Positions 50,301 through 62,750 of a stretch of 64,000 bases of DNA are shown here, one piece after another. The notes below the pieces were generated by a model, which worked only from the letters and a program-made list of their open reading frames with translations, had not been told where the DNA came from and made no database searches. Numbering within the stretch: the first letter of the stretch is position 1; each line of letters starts with the position of its first letter. Source of the stretch: Amphiscolops sp. MND2022 (Eukaryota); assembly GCA_964187785.1 (NCBI GenBank), contig OZ076409.1, positions 86,926,001-86,990,000 of the forward strand, given 5' to 3'. The position numbers and the translations under genes are program-made.

Positions 50301-50501
50301 TAGGTAAGCTATCTGGTCTTTTCTTTTGAACGGAAATGAGCTTGATCAGGGCTCTCCTTCTCGTTCACTAACTTCCTGTTTCCTTTATAGATTTTCAACA
50401 CTTCGTGTTCATATTTCACTTCCGGAAGATTTTAACTGCGGTTATTCTAAGATTCATTGCCAGGAAGGTTACCGCGAAATTTCATTCCTTTCTGTTTAGA
50501 C

Positions 50502-53500
50502 ATGTCAAGTCAGAAGGATTTGCCAGAACCCACTTTACCTCAAGCCCCAGTTCGTGGTAATCCAGAGAGGGAGCACGAAAGTACTGAAACAACAGTTGTG
50601 TCAACTGACCGTAACCGGCCTTCACCTGATGATTCTCACAGTAGCAGATCCACGGACGAGAGCGTTTCTGCCTTCATTGAAAAAACTGCGACTTCCTTGG
50701 CGCTTCTCGAGACTGAGACACTTGAGACCTTCCAGCCTACATCAGAATCAGTTGCTGTTGCGCGAACAACGGATTTAACTTTCCACAAAGTATCCATTTA
50801 CGAGCCTATAGCTGTTCTCCAGGATCCCTCAGAAGACCAAGCTGAGACATCCGTCCGAGCTGGACCGGTTGGGGGAAGCAAGACAAAACCCTTGTATGTT
50901 GACACTAGTGACGCCGAAGAACTGTTTGACAGTTCCGGAGTTGAAGCCTTCCCCGCCATCCCGGCTAAGTTGACCATTGACCCCAAGGCATTCCCAGATT
51001 TCGAAGGTGACTTCCACAGTGAGTCTGGTCAAAGTGACGCTGAGCAGGCTCAATACCGGGCAAAACTTCTGGCCGAGGATAGACAATTATCTGGGAAGGG
51101 GAAAGCTACTATAAAGAAGTATTTCCAAGAAGTTCAGCCCATCAAACTACCGGTTGGTCATCCAACTATAGCTCTTAATGCCGATGAAATGCATGCTATT
51201 CTAAGGACGATAGCCGATGAATCAGTTTTGTCTTCTTACCATATGATGAAGTCTCTTCTACTCCATGCTACACAAGGGGTCTAAAGGGACAAGCGCAAAG
51301 GCCTTCCTCGGCGATGTGCCACACCTGCCAGAGGTTTCTCCGAAAGTTCAGGGGATGAGACCAACCCGAGTGGGGATACTACCGACGGGTATACCAGCGG
51401 TGCCATCAATTCGGACGAAGATCCTTATAACCTTGGTTCAATATCGGGAACTGAAACTGCCAATGAAGCTGATCCCCTGTTCGCAGTGGGAACAGCCGAA
51501 GGATACTCTGGGGATTTGGACCAGTCTGGGAGCCGTACCCCCGCATCAGGAAGTGGATACAGTCCCACTGACTATCAGCCATTGTCCGTCCTCAGACGCG
51601 GAGGTAAATCTGCCGACAACAAGATAAGTCCGCCACGTAAACGTCGGAAGCTCATGAGCAAGCCAGGGAAAGTAATGAAGGATGCCTACTTCAAAGGTAT
51701 CCAATGGACAAGAACCTTTGTTACTGGACCGCTTGATCCCATCCATAATAAATCTAAGTTTTATTGCATGCTCTGCAAGACTAATGTGTCCATTTACTCC
51801 AAAGGGGCTCGAGAAATCCTGAGGCATTACAAAACTGAGGGTCATCTACGGAGAGACCAGAATTGGAGGTTCATACACCTGCAAGAAACTGATTCGACCA
51901 CAGGACTAGTCACTCACCAGGTTAGAGGAAAAGACGGCTACGTCCTTACACCATTGGAGTTAGAAAGAGAGAAGCCACATTTCATTGACGCTCCATTAGT
52001 TGATGCTGGGGACCGCTTTCCCTTTTACGAAGAGTATCTAGCCAGCTTGGGTTGGATCACTAATCCGGACGATTTGAGACTCACAACCTTGATCTCTCTC
52101 ATTGGGTCATTTGTGCCGCACGATGGGAACTTGACCTTACTTCAGAGTTTGTGGACCAGAGTTGACTCATTCACGAATCATCAAGCCCTCTTCTCATCGT
52201 TCGATTGGAGCTCAGCTAGTTTTACTGTAAGTTATTCTCCAACATAGCCTTCCTTCTTTTGTGTCTCACTTGGCAATAGTAGCTCCATGTTTCAAGTGTA
52301 TGCAAGTGTTTTGGTTCATTTCAGAAAATCTTCCATCACGTCTTCACACGCGGACTCGAGGACATTGCCCAGCACGTCACTTCGACCAACATGTATTCGA
52401 TCGAGTTCACAACCCAAGGTAGATCTCGCTGCATGTCCGTTAGATTTTGGAAAGGAGACTCCCTCGTCCGAGTCGAGCTTCACCGCCACGACTTGCTTGA
52501 GTCCACCCCTGGTAGCTATTTGGGTGCGATTTCATTCCTTCTCTCCTTCATATCTTCCAAGCCCAATTTGGTCAGCATCTCTGGTTGCACGTCGATGGTA
52601 TTTCAAGCTTTAGAGTCATCTGGTTTATTTGACTACGGGATCCAGTACCCATTCAGATTCGACGTCTTTTCCTTACGCAAGCTCATGCACCCTAGTGTCC
52701 TAGAGTCTTGCTACGTCTTTGGACCAGTAGACATCTTCGCCCAACTCACCTTCCTGGTTGCCTTCCTGAACGGTTGTACTGTTCAGCCATGGGCCCTTCA
52801 GTGTCCGGAACTCATCAAGGTTTGTTTTTGTTGGTTTCTATCCCTGGGTTCATCACTTCTAGTACATAAATCCCTTAGGATCCCGCGTCATGACGGCCTA
52901 AAGTCCTATGTTAATCGAGTCTCTTTGTTGTAGGCAGTTACTAAATGCAACCTGGATTTCAAGAGAATCACCAGCTTGTGCTCAGAACTTGTCAAGTACT
53001 GGCCGTCCATCAATGAGTATATGACTAAGATGGCTCCTACTCAGCTGATGCAGGGAGTTAAGAACAAAGTAATATGCTCTGATTTTCTTTTAGGGTTTCA
53101 CTTGATACGTTGTGATGTTCTACTATCCCTTTCGGGTAATCTGGCTTCGTTATTGGTCTCCAACATGAATCTATCATTTCTTTTAGCCTCAGAGTCTGGA
53201 GTGGGCCATCATAATGGACGATCTGTTTACCGCCAAACTTGAATTCTTGTCCATTCTCGTCCGAGATTGTGAGTCGTCTTCTTTTACTTTCTCTTGTTTT
53301 TTGACCGTATTTCCTAAAGACGTTCTTCAGATCTGTAACTAGGGCAGCCTACGTTGTCACATGGTAACGCAACCTCATTCTAAATCTCACTGATTGGTTG
53401 TGATGTTTAGATCTAAAGTGCTTCGACCGCAGTCTGTCCAACCGACGGGATTCTACCCTTTTCATCTTTGGGCAGTACTGTCGTTTCGTAGGAAAATTGT

Positions 53501-54569
53501 GTTCTCGCGCCGTCTTGCCAAAATGTACCCCGAGGATACTAACTGGACCGGGTTGCTACACCTCTGTCCAGACGACCTCAGGCTGTTTTCCACTCGCGAT
53601 TTTGGTAGTCGGCTCAAGTTTGACACTGATCTTGACGCAGTTTGCCGCTCCAAGGTCCGCCGGTCATTTTCTGATAAGAAAACTGGCCCCCCAAACCTGG
53701 AAGAGCTAGTTGCAGCCGAGAAAAAAGGGTTCTTGGTGAAGGCCCGCACTTACGTCGTGTCCTTGTTGGAAACCATGCTGCGTGATATCCATTTTACTGC
53801 CGATATCATTCATGGAATGGGTTGCTTCGATCCACACTTGTTACTTTCTTTACATCTGGACCAAGTTACCTTTTGTTTCAATACGCTTTTCAACAGTTTC
53901 CGACTCCGAGGGTGGGTTGCTGAGAGTGCTATGCCAGATTATAGAGACGAGTACTTTGAATTTGTCGATCATTTCCGGAAAATCTATTCAGGTATTAAGG
54001 ACGCTCCCGCTTCCATTCCTGATGTTCTCGAACTTCTCACTCCTATGCCAGCCCTCCGGAGTCGTATCAATTTGTTTCATTTATACCGTTTATGCTGTCT
54101 CTGTATAACCGAGAGCCATCGGGATCTTCCAGCAATTAAATTCCAGGATGTGGATACTTCAGGCGATCATTGTCGTTTGTCAAGTGTTATACTGCCTGCA
54201 CAGTCTTACTTGGCCACCTGTCCTGGTGCCATTGCAGTTTGTACCTCTGAGTCTGCTTTAGTCAAGTACAAAGAATTGGACTTGCAATTTACTTCGGGGC
54301 AGTTATCTGGGGACCCATGGTCTCACGTGGACGTCTTTGGCCGGGCTTCCCTTTTGAAAACATTGACTGATTCTTTCATAAGTCTCAAGGGAGTCCCTCT
54401 AGTGGGTGTTTCCACTTCGTCACGAGCTTCCTCGGTATCAACTTCTGCTGGGACAAAACTCAATTGGGCTGCTGGAAAAGCGCAAAAATTAGCATTTTTC
54501 GGCGATATTCCTCAGAGCGAGATTTCAAAAACTGTCCGAAAGTTGCGAGAAGGGAGTTCTAAAGACTAA
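50502..54569 (+). pseudogene. Antisense spliced accessory gene of element B: zinc-finger, hAT-transposase-like protein (~1200 codons). Exons 50502-52226, 52325-52819, 52934-53068, 53187-53268, 53411-54569
   Basis: Four GT-AG introns (98, 114, 118, 142 nt) with compatible phases; FYCMLC..RHYKTEGH finger; YSIEF..VRFW, LVKYWPSINEY, DDLFTAKLEFL, MGCFDP. One TAA (51282) and one inferred frameshift (~53520). Confidence 0.75.
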
Positions 54570-54747
54570 ATGTACATAATGTACATTTGCTATGCTAGAC
54601 TTTCCAATTTGTAAATTTCAGTTCTGTTTCTTGTTTTAGTATTTATATAGTTAGTTTCTTTTGAGTCAAAGAAGTCAGAGTAGTCCCAGTAAAAAACATG
54701 CCTTCTTAGGCAATAGCATAAATAGGGACATAATTTATCATTTCTGA

Positions 54748-57700
54748 CTAGTATCTGTATTCATCAGTATAGTTGGGGTTGGGGTTAGGTCGAAGGTTGT
54801 ATTTCCCCCCTCTAGGGCTAGAGTTTTCATCAGTTTTTTCTTTTGCTTTTTTATTCGATATTCCGGGCACGGTAATATCATCCCCCTCGTTAAAAGAGTT
54901 TTTCTCGCCTTCTAATTCATTTGTGACGTCATTCACGTTCTTTTCTGAACTAGGTGGTGTATTGCCACCATTTTGGCTATTACGGCTAGTGGCCGTTCTC
55001 GGCCTTCCTGTTTCGCTGCTTTGTTCTTCTCGTGCAGCATTCTCGTTAACGTCATGTTCGTCATGCACTATAGGTGCACCTCGGCTAGCGGCCGTACTCG
55101 GTCCCGCTTCATTTTCATTCATTCTGGTTCAGTCATTCAATTCGGTGACGTCATTTGCGTCTCGTGTAATTGTGCCGTCTCGGCTGGTGGCCGTCCCCGG
55201 CCTTACCGCGTTGTCATCAGCGTTGTCATAAATGACGTATTCAGTAGTCGTGACGCCAGCATCGCTGTCTGGTGTTTGCGATTCTTCGTTCGTATTATCG
55301 TCTCGTCTCGGCTCAAAGACATGGTAGTCAAAATCTGCTTCCCATGAGATGGTGTATAAATCATCTTGCGGTATGATTATTTCATCATCTGGTTGCAATT
55401 TTTCTTTGGCATAATTGTCCTCTAAGGGCGTGTTTGGAACAAATTTTTTCAGTCGGATTCGGTGTAATATCTGTGTTTTATTCGTATTTAACCTTCGGAC
55501 AATGTAATTGTCGTTAGGTAATACCTTTTCAATTCGATAAGGACCGATCCAGCGATATTCTCTGAATGGTATTTTTGATCCTTGATTATCCGCTTTAGGT
55601 TGTAGGATAAAGCAAAAATCTTGTTCGCTGAGAGGAGCTGCTTTGGCCTTTCGGTCATAGTACTCCTTATATTTCAAGTAGGACTGCATAATGTTATGCT
55701 TCGTTTTGTCAATGAGAACTTTCGTTCTCTGTTGTAATTCTTCAGCAAATTCAGTAGTCGGGAGGAAATCCTTATTAGGATTATTTCCAAGTTTATGATC
55801 AAGAACATTATAGAGAATTATTCCGTGAAAGACCTTGCTCGGTTCACAACCGATGCTGGAATGATAAGTTGTGTTATAATTGAGCACTGCTAGTGGCAAA
55901 TATTTGTGCCATTGACGGCGATATTCCCCTGAGGCCATTTTCAAATTTGTTTTCAATGAGGCGTGAGTTCTCTCGAGTTTGCCAATTGTTTGTGGATGTT
56001 TAGTCGTCGCACATTTTAGGGTTATTCCTAATACTTGCGTTATCTCTGCAATAATTTTTGATGTAAAAGCGGTTCCTTTGTCGGTGATGATCGTAGTTGG
56101 CAAATATGAGTGCTTTGTCATGATGTCTATTAAGACCTTTGCCGTGTTAGAGGCTGTTGCCTCAACTAGCGGGTAGGCGAACAGATATCTTGAAAAGACA
56201 TCTATTGCTGTCATCACTGTTTGGTAACCTCCGCTTGTTGGCAAGTTTGGGAGTAAATCGATTTGCATTGCGTCCTCTGGTCCAAGGTCCCATTCTGGCA
56301 AGTTAAGCAATTCGGGCGTTATCGTGTTGTTTGGGACCCGTTTATCTTTTGCGCAAGTTACACATCCTTCTACCCATTTTTAACATGTTTTGCTATACCG
56401 GGGTAGTAGTATTTCTGTCGTATTTCTTGTAACATTTTCGATATGCCAGGGTGTTTGTGCGCCGTTCCATGTAAGGCCTGTAACAATTCTCTCAAAAGGT
56501 GTTTTGGTAAGAGAACCTGGTGATACTTGACTTGTCCGGTTTCATCATAGTATTGTCGTGTGACTATTTCGTCTTTAAGGACTATTCGGTCCACGTTGTT
56601 AAGGTAGTGTTTGTATCGGATATCTTGCTGGAGTAGTTCTTCAGAATAGTCTTCGTTCTGAATTTTGGCTTTGAGTTGGCGCAGTATAGGGTCCTTGGAT
56701 TGTTCAAGTAAGATTTGATTCGTTCTGCGCAATTTTTGGGTAAAGTTTGTAATCTCGTCTACTATGTTTTCAGATATTGCGTCAATTTGAATAACGCCTT
56801 CTTGGTCGATTGGGTTACTTCGGCTTTGTTTTTTACGCTCCCAAATTTGAGCTTCTGTCTCATCATCTTGCTCCGTGAAGAAAACCTGTTCCTCTTCAGC
56901 AACGCCTGCCGATTGGACATTGACCTCGATGGGCTTAGTCTCTATGTCTTCGCGGATTTTAAGGACTAGTTTCTCTCTGGGGTCCATTTCCATGCGAGAT
57001 AAGTAGTCAGCTGCTGTGTTGTTTTTCCCTGATATATGTGCTATGACAAAATTGAATTGTATTACATAGTCACATGCATTCCAGAGTGTTGGAGGGATTA
57101 TCTTCGTCTGGAAGAATCTCGTGACCGATTTGTTGTCCGTGAGGATGGTAATCGGTTTAGGGGCTCCCCAGAAAATATGTCCAAATTCTTTGAATGCGTA
57201 TTAAATCGCTAAGAATTCCTTGGCGTATATGGACATTTTGAGTTGCGATGGTGTAAACATTTTTGAGCCATATGCAATTGGAGCGTATGATTTTTTGACA
57301 GATGAATATTTCTGGTTTGGGTCGTCCTCGGTAAGTATGGCGTAGCCGGCCGCTGTGAAACTAGCGTCTGTCATCAGGACCAGTTGCTTGTTTGGCAAAG
57401 GTTGCTTCAGGGCCAATTGGCTACATTTGTCGAGGTCCCGGTTGATTTCATTGAACTGTTGTATTAGTTCTGTGGTCACCAGGACTTTTTCGTCTTTTTT
57501 GAGAAGTTGAAAGAAAGGAGCTAATTTTTCAGATAATCTTGGGATATAGTTCCTGTAATTATTTAGGAAACCAAGATATTTTTGTAGAGCCTTTTTAGAT
57601 TTGGGGAATTTGGTTTTTTCTAGGAAGTTTGTTATTCGCTCCTTTTGTGATTTGACTCCCTCCGGAGTAATTGTTCTCCCCAAGAAATCTATTTCCGTTG

Positions 57701-59966
57701 CCCCGAAGTGGCATTTGTGCATTGTCAGTTTAAGGCCCGCATGCCTAATGCACTCAAAGGTTGCTTTCATATTTTTTATGAGATGATCCGCATCGTTGGC
57801 GGCTATGCCAATATCGTCGACATATTGGGCACATTGATCAGCTTTGATAACTTTATCGAGGTATTCCCTCATAAAACTTGAAAATGCTGATAATGCCCTG
57901 CTAAGGCCCTGAGCAAGTCGTCTATACGCAAAGGTGCGACTTGCAAAATTGAACGCAAGTATCTCAACGGATTTTTGGTCCGCCATTGGTAGGCAGTGAT
58001 ATGCTTGTGAACAGTCGAGTTTACAGAATAGTTTCTTTCCTGCCATATGTTGTGCAGCGTCCGTTAGGGTACTAACCGGATGATTGTTGTTTATATAGTC
58101 ATCCGAAATGAGGTTATTAATTTTCCTCAGGTCGACTAGTAGTCTTAGCTTCCCATTCGGCTTTTTCTGTGCGAATATGGGACTGGCGTGTTCCGAAAAT
58201 GGCAGTGTAGTTATTATGCCATATTTGTGTAAGAGGGCCACTTCGACGAGTATGTCCTCTTCTAAATTGACTGGAGTTGGAAGACTTTGGCTGTAAGCGG
58301 GCGAATCGTCCTTAGGGGTCAGTTTGACCGTGAATTCTTCATTCATTCCGATGTCAAATCTGTGTCGTGCGAATATGTCATGGTATTCGACTAAAAGCGA
58401 TTCGATCTTTTTGATTTCGTGTTGTTGCAGCATGGAGTCTTTCCAATCAAAATTGCTAAGGAATTTGCGGCGTGACTCATCATCATTCTGAGGGTTCAAT
58501 TGTTCAGCTTCTTGGAGGTTTCGTAATTCTTGAAGAATTCGACGTTGGATGGGAGTATGGGAATCTTCGTCCCCTGGGTTTTCTGGCGTAGGAAACCAGT
58601 ACTGTTCATATTGGTCATTGTTCCGATTAGCCTTGAGTAGACTACTGACATAGTAGATCGCATCCTCTTCATTTTCATTGAGGAGACGCCATGTGGACAC
58701 CGGGTCAATTGGTTTGACGTGTTTCATCTGTTCCGGTGTTAGTACAGAAAAGTTTGCTATGTGTAGTCCCTTTTTAAGCTTGTACGGTTGGTCTGTGAAA
58801 TTGTTGATATGAACGTTAACGTTTCCATTAGTCAATGTGACTATTGCGGCACAGAATGTGATGTCGCCTTCTTCATGGAGGAGATCACTGGGTTGCAACA
58901 CACCTGTGACCGTGTTTTCATTGTAGATTTGGGATTTGATCTCTACTAAGGTAGATATCGTCTGGGTTAAGTATTGGTTCCAGTACGTTGGAGTATTTAT
59001 GGTCAGCAGTTTTGAGTTGCATCGAGAAATATGGGAAATTGAGTATGCCTTGTCGCATGTCCAGTACTGTATGACTCCTCTGGAGGAACATTAGTCCTAT
59101 GATAGGGCCAGTCAGTTTTTCCATTACTATAAATATTTCGTGGAATTCAATATCTCCGACTTCGAACTTGAGTTCAACAGTGCTCTTTGGGGTTTCCAAT
59201 TGTCCGTTTGCGACCATAATTTGAAATGTCGGGGCAGGTCCCTCTTTGACTATGGATTGGGGCGCCAATAGGCGTATTTTCCTGAGGTCTGCTTCCGGAA
59301 TTGCGCTGGAGTGAGCTCCAGTGTCTATGAGGCCGTCTATGGTTAGTTCCCCAAAGTCCATCGGGAAATATAGCATCCGTTTTTTTTGTATTTGAGTCCG
59401 AGGTTTGTGGATAATGGTATGTACACTGGTTCTCCCTCTTTAGTTACAAGGACCTGTATGAAGGCTGTCTCGTCGAGGAGGCCAGGTGTGGCCTGTGTCT
59501 CTTCTGCATGTGGCTGATCTTTGATTGCATCAAAATTTGGTTGCCACGGTTCGATAAGTGCCCAGGACAGTATGGTGTCTACAATGTCAGGGTCATCCTC
59601 ATCGTCTGTTGGCGGGTAGTCATCATTCCGAAATTGTAAATTGTGTTTTTCGTATAAATCATCATCCCAGTAAGGGTCTTTGCCGTACTCGGGGTCGTAG
59701 TATTGGGGGTTGTAGTCTTCGACAGTTTGTAAGGGTCGGAATTGGGTTTCTGAGTCTTTAGTAAGGTTATTACGTCGATATAGGTATGGGTGGTCACTGT
59801 GAATAATATATTGAGTTTGAGTACAGGCTTCCACCATCTGCTGCTGCCAGACAGTCGATGGGGTCCCTGTGATGTTCTTTTGTGATTGCTTATAAGCGAT
59901 GTTAGCTGGGTCAGATATGACATATTGTCGTATCGACATTTGGTCAGAGATTTGGAGTCGTGGCAA
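54748..59966 (-). pseudogene. pol: Element B pol: protease, RT, RNase H, integrase with GPY/F module
   Basis: LIDTGA, LRLLVDLRKIN, QYVDD, MTDAS, HGTAHKHPG, QIDLL..TDKGTAF..LERTH, WIGPY; several stops and frameshifts. Confidence 0.95.
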
Positions 59967-59968
59967 AA

Positions 59969-61672
59969 TTAGTTTTTTGATTCAGGTTTTTTGGAATTCG
60001 ATTGGCCTGATGAGGATGTTGTGGATTTTTCGTTCTTGGTGCGAGTGCTTTGGTCTTCAGAGGGCTCCGTGTCTTTGGAGGAGTCTTGTCTATTTCTTTT
60101 TGGACGAAGATGGGCACCAGCGCCACACCAGCTTTTCTCTGCTGGGTGATTGGTTTTGCTGCAGGTGGGACATTCTGGATAAGTTTGTCGTTGAGGCTTC
60201 TTGCCGTCTTTGGCCTCTGATTCTTTCTTCTTTTTCAGTTTTGGACAATTTTTTCAGAAGTGGTCCTCTGCCTTGCAGTATGAGCATTGGTTATTTTTGT
60301 TGGTGTCAATGCCATTAGATAGTAAATTTCGGGATTTGTTGGACGACGAAGCCATTGTAGCAATGGGTAGGTCATCGGATTCTTCTAATGCGTTTAACTC
60401 GAGTTCCCGTTCCAGATGTGCCACAATCTCCTCGTAGGTCCCGTTTTCCAGTCGAGCCATATTTACTGATCTTTTTAGTTTTGGGGGTAATTTAGCATAC
60501 AAGAGACTGTCGATCATGCTTTTGGCGTTTTCCCCAAAGGCCTTCTCGACACCCTGGTTGAGTTCCTCAAGAAAATCGGGTAGTTTCATCGTGTTGGGAT
60601 CAAAGATGAGCCTCTGCCACTTAGGTTTAGCTGTGGCTTGAGACTCGGGTTTGACGTACTTTCTGCGGAATATGACCAATACGTCTTCTAATGTTTGACG
60701 GTTTATAGAGTTTATATTTCGGAAAGTTTGCAGTGCTCCTTTTCTGAGCAGAGAATGAAAATGGTTTATTTTCATTTGTTCAGTCATAGCGGGCTGCATC
60801 TTTATCATTGTATGAAATAAATCTTCAAACAATTCAAATTTCTCTGTTTTGCCGTCAAATGTCATGGGGTTTGTCGTGACTGGTCTAATTGTCATCGAGT
60901 GTGGTTTATTTTGGAGGTTTACCAGGACATCAGCCAATCGGTTGATGGGGTCTTGTGGCTGTTCTGCCGGAGCAGGCTCCGCTATTGGCAGAGTTGTATC
61001 CAGAGTTGTAACATGAGTGGATTCTTGTCTTTGGAGGTCTGGCTGAGAGTGAATTCGTCCTGTGAGGAATTCAGAAATCGGCTGTTGGAGTTCGGTAGCT
61101 CCTGTCACCATGTAAGGACTAACGTCCGAATGTTCTCTCAGGTCACAAGCGGACCTTCAGTCCTTCTTTGTCAATCTTGTATTTGTATTCTCCCATGCGC
61201 TTCTGACTCCATCCTCATTTAAGGACGTACCCGGCTCAACGCCATGTTGACCCAAAGGCAAATTTTCTACCATATTCTGTATTTCCGGAATAATTCTCTC
61301 ACTTATAGCAGAACTAATGGCCCTAGTAATCTGTGATTGCATTAGGTCCATCATAGCTTCCATCTCGCGCGACATCCTAGCGTTCATTTCACCAGATAGT
61401 GTATTGACAGACTCTATTAGTCTACTTTCCCTAACGGGTTCATTTCTACTATCGATGTCTCTAATCTCATTTTCTTGAGATGAATTTTCTCTGTTCGGAA
61501 AGGACTGAAAGTCTCGTTGTCCCTCAGGGACGTTAATCAAGCTATCAAGTTCTCTTTCTATAGAGTTGGAACTTCTCCCACCTAGCATCACGTCCATGTT
61601 GCCGTAGTCGGACAACATATCTAATTCTCTAGATTTTCTAGACTTGGCCTTTTGTCTCCTCGTAGAAGGCAT
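59969..61672 (-). pseudogene. gag: Element B gag, starting inside the 5' LTR; nonsense codon at 61159-61157; AAAAAAC slippery site at 59978-59972
   Basis: ORFs 61672-61157 and 61111-60254 are in frame; the 3' LTR copy has TCA where this copy has TGA; CSYC..DH and CPTC knuckles. Confidence 0.9.
61099..61110 (-). promoter_or_regulatory. Element B primer binding site TGGTGACAGGAG
   Basis: Directly after the LTR-terminal CA; same 12-mer as in elements A and C. Confidence 0.85.
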
Positions 61673-62750
61673 TGAAAATGTTTATCCCGGAGTAAATATG
61701 TGAATTGTTCCTGTGGACAATATAGAGCTTGGTCTACAGTGATTCTTGTACAAAACGCATAAGAGTAACTGAATATCAACCGTATCATAAATCAACTGAG
61801 TCTTACGGCCAACTTGGGCGTATTTATACTCAAGTTAGCGTGACATCTGAGATTTCGTCAGTCATGCTACTAAAAATAGCACACAAGCTAAAAATAGATA
61901 CAGTGAAACTATTAATAGCAACATGACATCATTTTAGACTTGTGCGGGCGGCTAGATCAAAGGGCCCGACAAGTCTCTTCCACATATGGGTCAAATTGTT
62001 TACAAGTAAAATTCATGCAAGCAACAGTTTACATGCTCAACAATTAATGAAGGCCCTATTCGGCTTATGGCCGTTGGGGTTTTCTAATTCAGTCCCATCA
62101 AAATATGAGAAACCAACAATTACATGTTAACAGTGTATATATCTGTTTTTTGCATGGGGTGGGTTATTTGCATCCTCAAATCACTAATTAACTGGAATAC
62201 TAATTTCACATGGCAAGTATACAGCATTTGAGTATTCATCGTGTCAAGCGGCCGTGATAGGCTTTATTTACTGTATAGCACCAAGACAATTAATACAGTG
62301 AATAGGGACGGCTATGTCGCATAGCCGCTTTCGTCCTATTTGTAATTACTGAATATCATTCAAGTATAGCATCAGAGCACAATAAGGCCGGCAAAGTTAA
62401 TTGGCCGTATTGGTCCATTCTACATGGCTACTAGCACAGTTACGTAATGAGTAATAAGATGGCTATTACTAACTGCACTCTGATTGGCCAATTGACCATA
62501 GGCGGCTTAGCTAGCCATACTGAACAGGCAAACATTTGAACACGTTTCCTTTCTGCCTGTCAGTATGGCTTGCTGTCAAATGTATTTTACATAAGAAATA
62601 ACAATACAATTCATCAATCAATATTACATGTTCAAAATAATACTAAATGTTTGAAAGTTTTGGTTTACAATGGGAGCGTCCCAGGTAGGGCGATTGGCCT
62701 CGTATGGTCAATCGTGTAAATGTTGCCATCGCAGGCGGCAGCCTGCGACA
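61111..62750 (-). repeat. Element B 5' LTR (1640 bp)
   Basis: TGTCGCAGG...CCTTACA on the minus strand; carries an extra ~160 bp (about 62298-62457) relative to the 3' LTR. Confidence 0.97.

Larger units (their letters stand above)
47104..62750 (-). mobile_element. Element B: full-length Ty3/gypsy LTR retrotransposon, 15.6 kb, with two accessory genes
   Basis: TG..CA LTRs 62750-61111 and 48583-47104; TSD AGCAG at 47099-47103 and 62751-62755; PBS 61110-61099; PPT AGGGGGAG at 48591-48584; gag-pol. Confidence 0.97.

Noticed and set aside
58700..58900. dUTPase between protease and RT (also ~32570-32790 in element A)
   Set aside because: Only a degenerate beta-rich spacer of the kind common in gypsy pol; the catalytic dUTPase motifs are not visible.
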